Assembly: GCA_964421955.1 (NCBI GenBank)
Contig: CAYQYU010000004.1
Coordinates: 1-64,000 of the forward strand
Origin: an uncultured archaeon
GTDB lineage: Archaea > Nanohalarchaeota > Nanosalinia > Nanosalinales > Nanosalinaceae
Reading direction: 5' to 3'
DNA length: 64,000 nt
Shown here one piece after another: positions 37,106-46,548 of the stretch. Under the pieces are notes generated by a model. The model had not been told where the DNA came from, did not search any database, and saw nothing but the letters and a program-made list of their open reading frames with translations. The first letter of the stretch is position 1; each line of letters begins with the position of its first letter. The position numbers were made by a program, and so were the translations under genes.

Positions 37106-39505
37106 CTAGCCGAACTTGCCGAGACCGCTCTGCTTCCCCTTGCCCTTCAGCTGGTCCTCGGTGTAATCGAACACTTTCAGGACACGGTGGGACGCGGGAA
37201 CGATCTGGTTCTCGATGTAGTACTCGGGGTCATAGTCCTCCGCGTACTTCACCAGTTCGGCGCGGGAGGAAATATTGCCGCCTCCCTTCGTGATCACGTA
37301 GTCGATGGTGGTTCCCGGTGAGATGTCGTCGCCTCTATTTATCGCCTTCTTGGCGGCCTCGACGTGGGGAGCGGTCGACTTGTAGTTCTCCGGCTTCTTC
37401 GTCAACTGGGTGTAGATCCTGAGCTTCTCGACCGGAACATCCCCCGCCTTCATATCCCCGACAGTCTTCTTCACGTACTCTGCCGCGTCTTCAATCTCTC
37501 CCTGTAGAACCTTTCTCAAGACTTCCTTCTGCGTTTCCTTTGCAACAGGAGACCAGTCCCTCCTGACCTGCTCGAACCCGGTGATTTTGAGGCCTCCTTT
37601 TTCATCCATAAGCGCGTACTTTTTCTTCGCACCCTCTCCCGATTCAGTGGAGGTGAAGAATCCGCGGGGGAAGAAGCCCTCGAACTCCAGCTCCATGAAG
37701 GACGGCAGCTGGTCGTTGACCGCCTCAAGGAAATTATCGATACGGTCCTGGATGTCGTCGCCCTTCAGGAACAGGGAGTCGGTGTCGCCATAGACGACCT
37801 CGAAACCTTCTTCCTCCGCGTGGTTGATCGCCTCCTGGATGTATTTCCTGCCGAGGAATGTGGTCGCCTGGGCAGATTCACGGGAGTACCACCGGGCACC
37901 GTCATAACCCAGGTAGCCATAGAAGCTGTTCGCGAGAATCTTCTCCGCCTGCTGCCTGGAGTCAAGCGACCGGTATTCTTGAGAGTCCGGTTCAAGGTTC
38001 TCCATCTCCTCTTTAAGGCTATAGCGGTCCTCAACCAGTCCCTCTACGAGTTCGGGGAAGAATCCCTGATCGTCCTGGCAGAAGTAGAAATCGTAATCCT
38101 CCATCTCCATTCGATCTTCACAGCCGTCCAGATTAAGGGTGTCAGGCGAGATGTTGTGGGACACCATTACTGTGGGATAAAGAGACCGGAAGTCCAGCAG
38201 AACTATGTCGTTGTGGAGCCCCGCCTCTGGTGTATAGACAAAGCCCCCCTCGTAAGCTCCAATTCGTCGTCTTCTTGAGCGCTCTTCGCGCGTCGGTCTG
38301 TTCAGGGCAAGCATATCCCGGGCATAAGCTTCCCGGAGAAGAAAGTTCTCGGTCAGCTGGCCGTAGGTCAGTCTGCACGCATCAAACGGTATCAGTCCCG
38401 CGATCCTCGAAAGCTCTAGCATCTGTGGTATCAGCTCCTCTCCGAGCTCGTAAGCGAGCTCCGAATCTTTCAGTGCGTACTCCGCAAACCTCTCCAGGTC
38501 CTCTTTCTGCTCCCAGGATTCTTTCATATCTTCCCAGCTCATCTCGTCCTTCCTCCTGCCAAGAATCTCCTCGGCGACTGAGTCAAGGTCGAGCACCTCA
38601 GAGTCCAGTCCAGGAGAGACCACGTGCGCGATAAACGGGTAGAGGTCGAGGTGCATCCTCCCCTTCAACCGGGCACCCGAAAAACGCCCTCTTCTGTTAA
38701 ACTTCATCCTTTCTCCCGATCTTCCGAGAGACAGCTCGAGGGCGTGGTGCTGTGCTCTTTCTCTCAGAACGTCAAAGTCGAACTCGTCCGTGTTGTAGCC
38801 CGTCAGTATGTCGACGTCGCGTTCTTCCACTACCTCTATCAGGCGCTCGATGATCTCTTTCTCCGACTCGACCACCTCTACATCTTCTGAACCAATGTCG
38901 GCAGTTGTCAACAGCTTACTGTAGCCGTCGCTGTAGAAAGAAGCCATTATGATTTCATCATTGTACACTTCAAGGTCGAACGCCAGGGTCTGGAGCTCCA
39001 TCTCTGGTCCTTCCACGTTTGTCCGGATATCTTCGATATCCACCGCCACATCGAAATCTTCCCTGTCAACCTCCTCTCCCTTGATCTCTATCCAGGTAAC
39101 CGGTTTGATCTGGTTATCGACCAGGAAACGCTTGTAGAATGGGATGTCGAACTCCCTGCACTCTTTAACTCCTTCAATATCGGCGATTTCTGACCGGAGC
39201 TTCGGCACATCCGGCGGAACATAGGTGTAAATCTTGAGAGTCTCTACCTCTTGGTTTAGATCCTTCTTTTTGACCCTCTCGACATCCAGAACTTCAATAT
39301 TTTCGCCCTCGTGGCTGAAATCTGTCTCCTCTATGCCTTCCTCAGCTTTCTCTATATCCCCCGGTATAGCGTAAAAGTATGGCAAAAAGTCGCGCTCCAG
39401 GGCCAGAACGTTCCTGCCGTCTTTGTCCTTGCCGAAGACTCTTACAACTACCTCGTCTTCCTCTATCCGGTAGTCGACATCAGTTACCTGGAGCTTCAGC
39501 TTCAT
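37106..39505 (-). CDS. polB: Family B DNA polymerase
   Basis: ExoI FDLE, ExoII GYN...FD, DFRSLYP, KILANSFYGY, YGDTDS, C-terminal PIP box QSGLGKF. Confidence 0.97.
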   Translation of the reverse strand: MKLKLQVTDVDYRIEEDEVVVRVFGKDKDGRNVLALERDFLPYFYAIPGDIEKAEEGIEETDFSHEGENIEVLDVERVKKKDLNQEVETLKIYTYVPPDVPKLRSEIADIEGVKECREFDIPFYKRFLVDNQIKPVTWIEIKGEEVDREDFDVAVDIEDIRTNVEGPEMELQTLAFDLEVYNDEIIMASFYSDGYSKLLTTADIGSEDVEVVESEKEIIERLIEVVEERDVDILTGYNTDEFDFDVLRERAQHHALELSLGRSGERMKFNRRGRFSGARLKGRMHLDLYPFIAHVVSPGLDSEVLDLDSVAEEILGRRKDEMSWEDMKESWEQKEDLERFAEYALKDSELAYELGEELIPQMLELSRIAGLIPFDACRLTYGQLTENFLLREAYARDMLALNRPTREERSRRRRIGAYEGGFVYTPEAGLHNDIVLLDFRSLYPTVMVSHNISPDTLNLDGCEDRMEMEDYDFYFCQDDQGFFPELVEGLVEDRYSLKEEMENLEPDSQEYRSLDSRQQAEKILANSFYGYLGYDGARWYSRESAQATTFLGRKYIQEAINHAEEEGFEVVYGDTDSLFLKGDDIQDRIDNFLEAVNDQLPSFMELEFEGFFPRGFFTSTESGEGAKKKYALMDEKGGLKITGFEQVRRDWSPVAKETQKEVLRKVLQGEIEDAAEYVKKTVGDMKAGDVPVEKLRIYTQLTKKPENYKSTAPHVEAAKKAINRGDDISPGTTIDYVITKGGGNISSRAELVKYAEDYDPEYYIENQIVPASHRVLKVFDYTEDQLKGKGKQSGLGKFG

Positions 39506-39582
39506 GTTTCTAAACCCGGGATCGAAAGTTAAGTAAGAACTGAACCGATCAGCTTTTATTCCACGAGATAGGTTGAACTTAC

Positions 39583-40242
39583 ATGAGAGTTCTACTGTTG
39601 ACTGATATCCACGGCGAGGTAGAAAAACTGGAGAAAATCCTGGAAAGAGAGGAGTACAACGCGATTCTCTGCGCAGGCGATCTGGGTGACGCGAACGAGT
39701 TTTCGGACTATGGCGCCAACCTAGAGGAAGTTCTCGAAGCGTTCGACCAGCAGACAGGGAAACTTGTTAACGCAGTCCCGGGCAACATGGATCCCGAAGA
39801 GGGATGTGTCCGGAAACTCATCGAACACCGGATCAATCTCCACAAGAATATCGCCTCTCTGGGAAACTTCGAGGCAGTGGGTTTCGGGGGCGGCCAGACA
39901 CCCTTTGGAACGCCCTTTGAGCCCTCAGGGAAAAATATCAAAGAGGCTGTAGACCTTCTCTACCAGCGAATGACATCGGACACACGCGTTGCAGTTATCC
40001 ACCAACCACCGAAAGACACGAAACTGGATCTCGTCGACGGCGACCATGTGGGCAGCGAGGAAGTCCGGGAACTTATCGAGGAGAAAGATTTCGACCTCTT
40101 CCTGACAGGTCACATACACGAGGCCAGGGGGCGGCAGAAGATCGGAGATACTCTGGCAGTCAACCCAGGACCCGTAATTGAAGGATACTATGCGGTAGCC
40201 GATATAGAGGATGGGATAGAGCTGGAGATGAAACAGCTATAG
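39583..40242 (+). CDS. Calcineurin-like metallophosphoesterase
   Basis: DIHG, GD, GNMD, HQPP, GHIHE. Confidence 0.92.
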   Translation: MRVLLLTDIHGEVEKLEKILEREEYNAILCAGDLGDANEFSDYGANLEEVLEAFDQQTGKLVNAVPGNMDPEEGCVRKLIEHRINLHKNIASLGNFEAVGFGGGQTPFGTPFEPSGKNIKEAVDLLYQRMTSDTRVAVIHQPPKDTKLDLVDGDHVGSEEVRELIEEKDFDLFLTGHIHEARGRQKIGDTLAVNPGPVIEGYYAVADIEDGIELEMKQL

Positions 40243-40423
40243 AAAGGTTTCTACATCACTCAAATTCAGATAGAAAAATTCATCAGGTCTAGAAACAAGT
40301 ATAACTTACTTCCAGACTTCATACAGAAGAATGGGGTGCTGTAAACCAGTTATATTTTTATAAAAAGAAGGAGAAGTTTTTAATATCGAAAACTAGTGTT
40401 CGTGTTATGGAGGTGAATAAATA

Positions 40424-40621
40424 ATGGCAGAACTACCACTTGCACCGGTCAAGCGAATCATTAAACAGTCAGGAGCTTCTCGAGTCGCAGAAGACGCGGT
40501 TGAAGAGCTCAGGGACGAACTGGAGAGGCACGCTGAGCAGAGAGCGAGGGAGGCAAAGAGGTACGCGGAGCATGCAGGCCGCAAGACCGTTCAGGCGGAC
40601 GATGTCAAGGCCTCACAGTAA
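40424..40621 (+). CDS. Archaeal histone (HMf family)
   Basis: ELPLAPVKRIIK..GA.RV..DA...HAGRKTV.A.D; GGAGGTGA SD. Confidence 0.95.
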   Translation: MAELPLAPVKRIIKQSGASRVAEDAVEELRDELERHAEQRAREAKRYAEHAGRKTVQADDVKASQ

Positions 40622-40662
40622 GAGGCCAATCCTCTTTTAATCTCTGTTTCTTTATTCTTCTT

Positions 40663-41415
40663 ATGCGCATAGAGAACAGTTTTATTCTCGCGCCAGGTAT
40701 AGGCGAAAAAACAGAAAGGCGGCTCTGGAAGAACGATATCACGCACTGGAACGATTTTGAATCGTCAGATGCCCTGAATGGAAAACAGGATCGTGTCCTG
40801 AACTTTCTCGAGAAAGCCCGCAGAAACCTGGATGTCGGGAACACTGTTTTCTTCAAGGACAAACTTCCCGCGAACAGCAACTGGAGACTCTACAGGAACT
40901 TTGAAAGCCAGGCGTGCTTCTTTGACATAGAGACAACAGGGCTCGACAGGGAGCAGAACAAAGTCACCACCGTGAGTTTCCACAGGAACGGGGAGACCAA
41001 AACACTGGTTGCGGGCGAAGACCTTACACAGGAGAACTTGGAGAAGGAGTTCTTCAAATCGAGCATGCTTGTGTCATTCAATGGAAAGCGGTTCGATCAG
41101 CCATTCCTCGAACACAACTTTGACCTAGATATCGAGAAACCGCATGTTGACCTGATGTATCCCTGCCGGAAGCTCGGACTCTCGGGCGGGCTGAAGAAGA
41201 TCGAGGAACAGCTCCAGATCGACAGAGAACAGGAAGACATTGACGGAAAAGCTGCAATAAGACTGTGGAAACGCTACGAGAACAAGGATGATCAAGCGGC
41301 GTTGGAGAAGCTGGTCGAGTACAACCAGTACGATGCCAGAAACCTCAGACAGTTGTTTGAAGAGGTTCACAGCCGCTTAACCCAGAAGATCTATCATCCG
41401 CATATCCGGCATTAG
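40663..41415 (+). CDS. YprB-like RNase H-fold (DEDD) exonuclease
   Basis: FFDIETTGL, SFNGKRFD.PFL, GGLK.IE..L, YN..D. Confidence 0.9.
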   Translation: MRIENSFILAPGIGEKTERRLWKNDITHWNDFESSDALNGKQDRVLNFLEKARRNLDVGNTVFFKDKLPANSNWRLYRNFESQACFFDIETTGLDREQNKVTTVSFHRNGETKTLVAGEDLTQENLEKEFFKSSMLVSFNGKRFDQPFLEHNFDLDIEKPHVDLMYPCRKLGLSGGLKKIEEQLQIDREQEDIDGKAAIRLWKRYENKDDQAALEKLVEYNQYDARNLRQLFEEVHSRLTQKIYHPHIRH

Positions 41416-41451
41416 CGGAATCCTTATAAAGTTGGGAGCCAAAGGTTCAGG

Positions 41452-41990
41452 TGAAAATGGCCTTGGTTCACAATACTTACCAGCTCACCGGAAACATGTG
41501 GGTGGATCTGGTGAGCACCCGCTATAACCAGTCCAAGGCCAGGGCCTCTCACATTATTAACAAGTTTCTAGCAGAGTAGAGTGGGATGACGCCTTGGCCT
41601 CTTAACGAGGCCAGTCACGCCGACCACGAACAACTCAAAGCCAAACTGAACTCAAGTTCCTGCCATCTCTACACCGTGGAACTTGCAAGAGGGTGGATGC
41701 TGCTTGCTAGGTGGTGTCCATCCTCCGGAACTTTTTCTGTCTACTCGAATCCACGTACCACGCCAGAAGGTGTACACAATCGACGCGAACACACGGAACT
41801 TCGAAACCGAACTGCAGGCAATAGAGTCCGAGAACTCTAGAGGCAGAGCGGAGCTTCACTCAGACGCAGACGTAGTTCCGGCCACGGCGCTATAGAAATC
41901 TGCTTGAGGAATAGGATCTCACCTAGAGGTCTTGCTCCCACAGCTTTCGTTGGTCAAAGCTGTTCCAGAGCAACAGCCCGGGTGCTCCGA
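41452..41990 (+). ncRNA. Candidate large structured RNA containing small ORFs
   Basis: CTTATAAA box at 41423; at least 7 helices with G-U pairs on the + strand, including a 17-bp hairpin at 41689-41725; no long ORF. Confidence 0.5.
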
Positions 41991-41993
41991 TAG

Positions 41994-42470
41994 CTACTCG
42001 TATGCCCCGGACTCGTAAGCAGCCCATCCATTAGCGATAGAGTCCAGCATCGAGGTGAAAGTCTTCGACGGCTTCACAACTTTCTGTCGACCCTGGTTGC
42101 CTTCGGAGCGATCACGATATTCTAGATATTCGTACTTGATCACGCCCAGCCTTCTTAACTTGGGCAAGATCTTGTTCTTGAGGTTGCTCTTGCCTTTCTC
42201 ATGGCCCCATTCATCAAAATTATTCAGTTTCTCAGAATCTATCTCGCCCTCATCCTTAAGCTCGCGTAAAAAAATCTTGGCGTACTTGTTCCTTTTTGGT
42301 GACTGCTCCCGTGGAAAGAACAGGTCAACGATCTTCTCCCAGTTCCATGCGCGATCACTTAACTTGTACTTTTCACGGTCCTCGGGGATCGCTATTGAGT
42401 TTTTCGTGACTATCGTTGAGGACTTTCTGGCAGCCTCGTCAACGAAAGGATGTTTACTGTCTTCAGTCAT
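41994..42470 (-). CDS. Hypothetical protein, probable winged helix
   Basis: Basic 158 aa; KSNLKNKILPKLRRLGVIKY pattern. Confidence 0.7.
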   Translation of the reverse strand: MTEDSKHPFVDEAARKSSTIVTKNSIAIPEDREKYKLSDRAWNWEKIVDLFFPREQSPKRNKYAKIFLRELKDEGEIDSEKLNNFDEWGHEKGKSNLKNKILPKLRRLGVIKYEYLEYRDRSEGNQGRQKVVKPSKTFTSMLDSIANGWAAYESGAYE

Positions 42471-42513
42471 ACAGGTTTCTTAACAAAGGAGGTATATGAA
42501 TATTAGGAAAGTA

Positions 42514-42921
42514 TCATAAAGAAGATTTTAATTCTTCCAGAGAATTCTCCGCTATTCTGGCGTCCTTCTCCAGCTGATTCATTTCTTTCCCCATCCTTGA
42601 AAGCTCCTGAATCTCTTCAACAAGATCCTTCCTAACTTTCTCAATCATCTTCTCCACGACCTGTTCCTCTTCGCTAAATAGCCTTGCCAGTTCTCTTGAC
42701 TTTTGTTCTCTGGATAGATTGGGATTGCCCTCTATCTTCTGCATTAGAGGCCGGAGTTCTTCATTGAGGAATTGGTCCAGCCTTGATCTCTCCTCTTCAA
42801 GCTCCTGTCTTAGAGAATTCATATGCTGAAGGAAATTTTCCATGTCATTATCGATACTCTGGATATCATCAATCAAACGCATAACATCCTTCGTATGCTT
42901 GCCAAAATCCGAATCCGCCAT
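42514..42921 (-). CDS. Coiled-coil hypothetical protein
   Basis: All-helical heptad pattern, 135 aa. Confidence 0.7.
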   Translation of the reverse strand: MADSDFGKHTKDVMRLIDDIQSIDNDMENFLQHMNSLRQELEEERSRLDQFLNEELRPLMQKIEGNPNLSREQKSRELARLFSEEEQVVEKMIEKVRKDLVEEIQELSRMGKEMNQLEKDARIAENSLEELKSSL

Positions 42922-42998
42922 ACCGGATCATTGAAAATCCTAGCTTTTAACCTCTTCCTTCTAGAAGGATTTAATCATCTAGTCAGGCAAGAGATAGC

Positions 42999-43733
42999 TC
43001 AGACCAACTGTTTAATGTAGGGTATCGCGTACATTATACCCACTCCTGCGGAAAACATGATCAGGTGTATATACCAGCCCTCCTTCGACTTGAATCTGGG
43101 CAGAAGATCTGATCCTGCGATATACACAAAGTTACCTATCACTAGAGGTATTAGAACTGCCAGAGCATCGGATGATACCTGTGCAAGCCCTATTACAAGC
43201 ACCGCCCCTAGAAACATGAAAGCGCTCAAACCAATATTTACTCCTAGAGCCTTCACCCGGGAGAAACCGCCGTCAACCATTACACCGAAGTCTCCAACCT
43301 CTTTAGGGATTTTGTGAGCCACTATAGCCACCGTTACAGCAATACCTGATGAGAAAGATGTCAGAAACCCTGTGGCAACGAGAACGCCGTCAAGAATGTT
43401 GTGTACCGCGTCGCCCGCGGCCAGTACATATGGGAGTGGCTCCTCGTGCCTTCCTGTGTGATGGCAGTGCCAGTGAACCACTCTCTCAAGAACCAGGGAG
43501 CCAATCATACCGATTATAACCATTAGGCCTGTGAAACGCGTGTAAGACAGGCTATTAGCAAGTCTGAAAACCAGGTGGATGAAGACCCCTCCAAATATCG
43601 TACCTGCCGCAAGAGACACAAAGTAGGGAATCAGACGCTCAAGATCACTCCGGGACATAAACAGGAAAAGCGCTCCCAGAGCAGAGAAAACGGATGCAAT
43701 GATCAGAGCTGCGAAAATAGTTGCAGTCGCCAT
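42999..43733 (-). CDS. ZIP-family metal transporter
   Basis: HWHCHH loop, D.VHNILDG, HKIPKEVGDFG (K replaces the usual E in HEIP.E). Confidence 0.9.
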   Translation of the reverse strand: MATATIFAALIIASVFSALGALFLFMSRSDLERLIPYFVSLAAGTIFGGVFIHLVFRLANSLSYTRFTGLMVIIGMIGSLVLERVVHWHCHHTGRHEEPLPYVLAAGDAVHNILDGVLVATGFLTSFSSGIAVTVAIVAHKIPKEVGDFGVMVDGGFSRVKALGVNIGLSAFMFLGAVLVIGLAQVSSDALAVLIPLVIGNFVYIAGSDLLPRFKSKEGWYIHLIMFSAGVGIMYAIPYIKQLV

Positions 43734-43841
43734 AGAAGGAAAATAATCCTGCGACGCTTTTAAACAGGTAAGTAACTTGAAACAGCGCCGTAAAGACCAG
43801 AAACTACTAAAGTCGGCCATAAAGATTTATGACTATATCAC

Positions 43842-45428
43842 ATGGTATTTCAAAGAAAAGGCCTTACAGAGGTCGTGGCAACTGTTCTGATAATAACTCT
43901 CACAGTCGCAGGATCTTACACCGCATACCAGGCGCTGAAACAGCAGCAAAGGGCTGCTGAAGAAACCTCCAAGAACACTCAGGAAAGACTAGACATCAAC
44001 CAGGAAGACCTCCGGGTAGAGGGCTGCTGGAACGAAGATGGCAAAACCCATCTAAGCATCCGTAATTCAGGGGACATCGACATCGATACCTCGCTACTTG
44101 ACGTGGTGCTTAACGGAGTTATCGACAATAGCCACACGGTGAGCACCAAAACACTTGGACCTCAGGAGGCCGCCGTAATAGAGCTAAACTACCTTCTCGA
44201 CAGTAGCGACCAGATAAGCATGGTAGACACGGACGGAACAAAAATACGTGCAAACTGTCTGGACCTCCCGGATACGACGGACATAGCTAACTGGGGAACA
44301 GGATCGAGCGGTAGCACAACCATAACAACCGCCTCTATAATGAACGATTACACCTACCTGACCTCGAACTCGGCATCCGGCTCCGCAACCCTCAACGTAA
44401 ACGATGGAACAAAATTCTCCTCTGGAGAAGAAGTACTGATAATCCAGATACAGGACAACACACTAGGAACCCCTGGAAACTACGAATTCAGGACTATAGA
44501 CTCTACCAGCTCAAATAGTCTTACACTCGAAAACTCTCTGAACAACGACTTCAGATCCGGCAGCTTCGCGGACAACCCTGAATCAACTGCAACCGTAACC
44601 CAGGTAGTAGATGTTCCCCACTACGACTCTCTGACAATCAACGGTGGAGAAGTAAATGCGAAGGAGTGGGACGGTAGAACCGGAGGTATAGTAGCATTCA
44701 GGGCCAGCAACATACTCAGATTCCAGAGCGGTGGAAGCATAGATGTCGCTGGCGCAGGATTCCGGGGCGGAGTATGTGGAAGCTGCGGAGATGACTGGGA
44801 TGGAGGTAGAGGAGAAGGCACAACCGGATGGCAGCTCGGGGGAGGAACCAAAGACTACTCCGACAGCGTCTCACTAAACAACGGCATCGGCGGGGGCGGA
44901 AGCCACGTAAACAATAACAACGGAGGAGATCCTGCAGCAGGCGGAGGGCACGCAACTCAGGGCGAAACAGTCCCTGATGTCCAGTCTTCCTACGACTCTG
45001 AAGGCGGAGACACAATAGGAAACCCCAAACTCAGCAATATGTTCTTCGGCGGAGGAGGAGGCGCAGGAAGCGACCACGACAGCCACAGCCCGGATAGACC
45101 TGAAAGAAGTGATGGCGGGGGAATAGTCTTCATAGCAGCAAAAGAGATCGAGAACGCCAACATAAACGCAGAAGGAATAGACGGGAAAACAGGCAATCAC
45201 AAATGGTCAGGCAACTCAGGAGGAGGCGCAGGAGGCACAATCTGGGTCAGATCTGAAGACCTTGACATAAGCAACATAAACGCAGAAGGGGGTGCAAGAT
45301 CACCTGACGCAGGTGACGGAGAAAAAGGGGGATATGGTGGAGAAGGCAGGATAAGACTTGACTATTCAACGATAAACGGGAAGAGCCAGGTCACTCCTGG
45401 ACCGGGATACGAGGGATCTGTCAGCTGA
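43842..45428 (+). CDS. Archaeal pilin-like (class III signal peptide) protein with Gly-rich C-terminal domain
   Basis: RKG|LTEVVATVLII prepilin site with +4 Glu; Ig-like domain; GGGGG-rich region. Confidence 0.8.
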   Translation: MVFQRKGLTEVVATVLIITLTVAGSYTAYQALKQQQRAAEETSKNTQERLDINQEDLRVEGCWNEDGKTHLSIRNSGDIDIDTSLLDVVLNGVIDNSHTVSTKTLGPQEAAVIELNYLLDSSDQISMVDTDGTKIRANCLDLPDTTDIANWGTGSSGSTTITTASIMNDYTYLTSNSASGSATLNVNDGTKFSSGEEVLIIQIQDNTLGTPGNYEFRTIDSTSSNSLTLENSLNNDFRSGSFADNPESTATVTQVVDVPHYDSLTINGGEVNAKEWDGRTGGIVAFRASNILRFQSGGSIDVAGAGFRGGVCGSCGDDWDGGRGEGTTGWQLGGGTKDYSDSVSLNNGIGGGGSHVNNNNGGDPAAGGGHATQGETVPDVQSSYDSEGGDTIGNPKLSNMFFGGGGGAGSDHDSHSPDRPERSDGGGIVFIAAKEIENANINAEGIDGKTGNHKWSGNSGGGAGGTIWVRSEDLDISNINAEGGARSPDAGDGEKGGYGGEGRIRLDYSTINGKSQVTPGPGYEGSVS

Positions 45429-45469
45429 TAATCCAGAATTTATGAATAAAGAACCAGCAACAAATGTGT

Positions 45470-45847
45470 ATGAAGCTTGCTCACACAATGCTCCGGGTAT
45501 CAGACCCTGAAAGCGTCATCGAATTTTACAGAAACGCTTTTGGCTTTGAACTCCGGGAAAAGAAGGAGAAAGACACTTTCACACTCTACTTCCTGAAAGC
45601 CGAAGACCAGACCACCGAGATCGAACTCACATACAACCACGGCAAAGATGACCGCTACGAGAAAGGGGAGGGGTTTGGGCACCTAGCGATCCACACCGAC
45701 GAGGACCAGTCACTCCAGAAAGCCTATGATAGAGCAGTCGAAGCAGGTGGCGAGGACTACCGGCCGCCGGAAGAATGTCCCGGCAACTACGCGTTTGTCA
45801 AGGACCCTGAGGGCTACGAGGTTGAGATACTCGCCCGTTCCGCCTAG
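45470..45847 (+). CDS. gloA: Glyoxalase I / VOC-family protein
   Basis: HTMLRV.D......FY, IELTYN, GFGHLAI, FVKDPEGY.VE. Confidence 0.88.
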   Translation: MKLAHTMLRVSDPESVIEFYRNAFGFELREKKEKDTFTLYFLKAEDQTTEIELTYNHGKDDRYEKGEGFGHLAIHTDEDQSLQKAYDRAVEAGGEDYRPPEECPGNYAFVKDPEGYEVEILARSA

Positions 45848-46014
45848 AAAATCGTGCTTCAACACCTATTTTCTTCTACTGTTTTTCTATACATGTTTTG
45901 AGCAAATTATGCTTCTTGAGCTATTAGAAGCTGTAATAACCCATATACTTCTTCAATCTAAGGTTTGGATGCGGGCAGTCCTCTAATAACTGCTCACCGG
46001 AGGGGGAGGAATCT

Positions 46015-46518
46015 ATGGGGTTAGAAGATGTTTTTGGATGGTTTGCAGGTTTACTGGCGGCTGCAATCTTCTTGATCCTGATCCTGCCCTGGCTAATAGG
46101 TCTGCAGGTATACGTGGTGAAGTCCGGGTCTATGGCCCCCAAGATGCCCACAGGCTCCCTACTCTATACCGACGAGGTCCCAGAACCACGGCTGGAAGAA
46201 AGAGATGTCATAGCATTCAGGCCCGAAAACAGCCAGAGGAGGGCTAAGAGGATTGTCCACCGGATAGTCGAAGTAAAAGACGTGAACGGGACCGAGATGT
46301 ACAGGACAAAGGGTGATGCAAATCCAATGTCAGACCCGGGATGGACCTCTCACTCCCGAGTCCTGGGAGAAAAGGTATTCTCCATCCCCTATGTCGGTGG
46401 AGCAGTCACTCTGCTAAAGGGAATCCCTATGCTCCTTTTACTGGCTCTCTATCCGCTTTTTATAGTATCGGCCGCTAGATCCGGCTCAAAGCCAGAATCC
46501 GGACCCAGTAATAAATAG
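46015..46518 (+). CDS. Signal peptidase I (Sec11/SipW type)
   Basis: V.SGSM.P, IVHRI, TKGDAN...D, IPYVG. Confidence 0.9.
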   Translation: MGLEDVFGWFAGLLAAAIFLILILPWLIGLQVYVVKSGSMAPKMPTGSLLYTDEVPEPRLEERDVIAFRPENSQRRAKRIVHRIVEVKDVNGTEMYRTKGDANPMSDPGWTSHSRVLGEKVFSIPYVGGAVTLLKGIPMLLLLALYPLFIVSAARSGSKPESGPSNK

Positions 46519-46548
46519 CAATAGATGTCATAGTCATACAGTGTTAGA

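Noticed and set aside
37106-39505. Inteins or inactivation in PolB (DP2, RadA, Cdc48 and TopA also checked)
   Set aside because: Lengths are normal and catalytic motifs are contiguous and intact
40247-40322. Hammerhead ribozyme (CUGAUGA...GAAAC on the minus strand)
   Set aside because: No NUH cleavage triplet or stem III in register, and stem II is poor
41452-41990. RNase P RNA, SRP RNA, group I or group II intron
   Set aside because: No GAGGAAAGUCC/ACAGAAnnnGCUUA pair, no SRP helix-8 CAGG/AGCA loop, no P7 or domain V motifs recognised by eye
41994-42470. SmpB-like identity for the 158-aa protein next to the structured RNA
   Set aside because: Only size and a vague N-terminal resemblance; lacks EAGxxLxGxEVKS and KLLL motifs and looks like a winged helix
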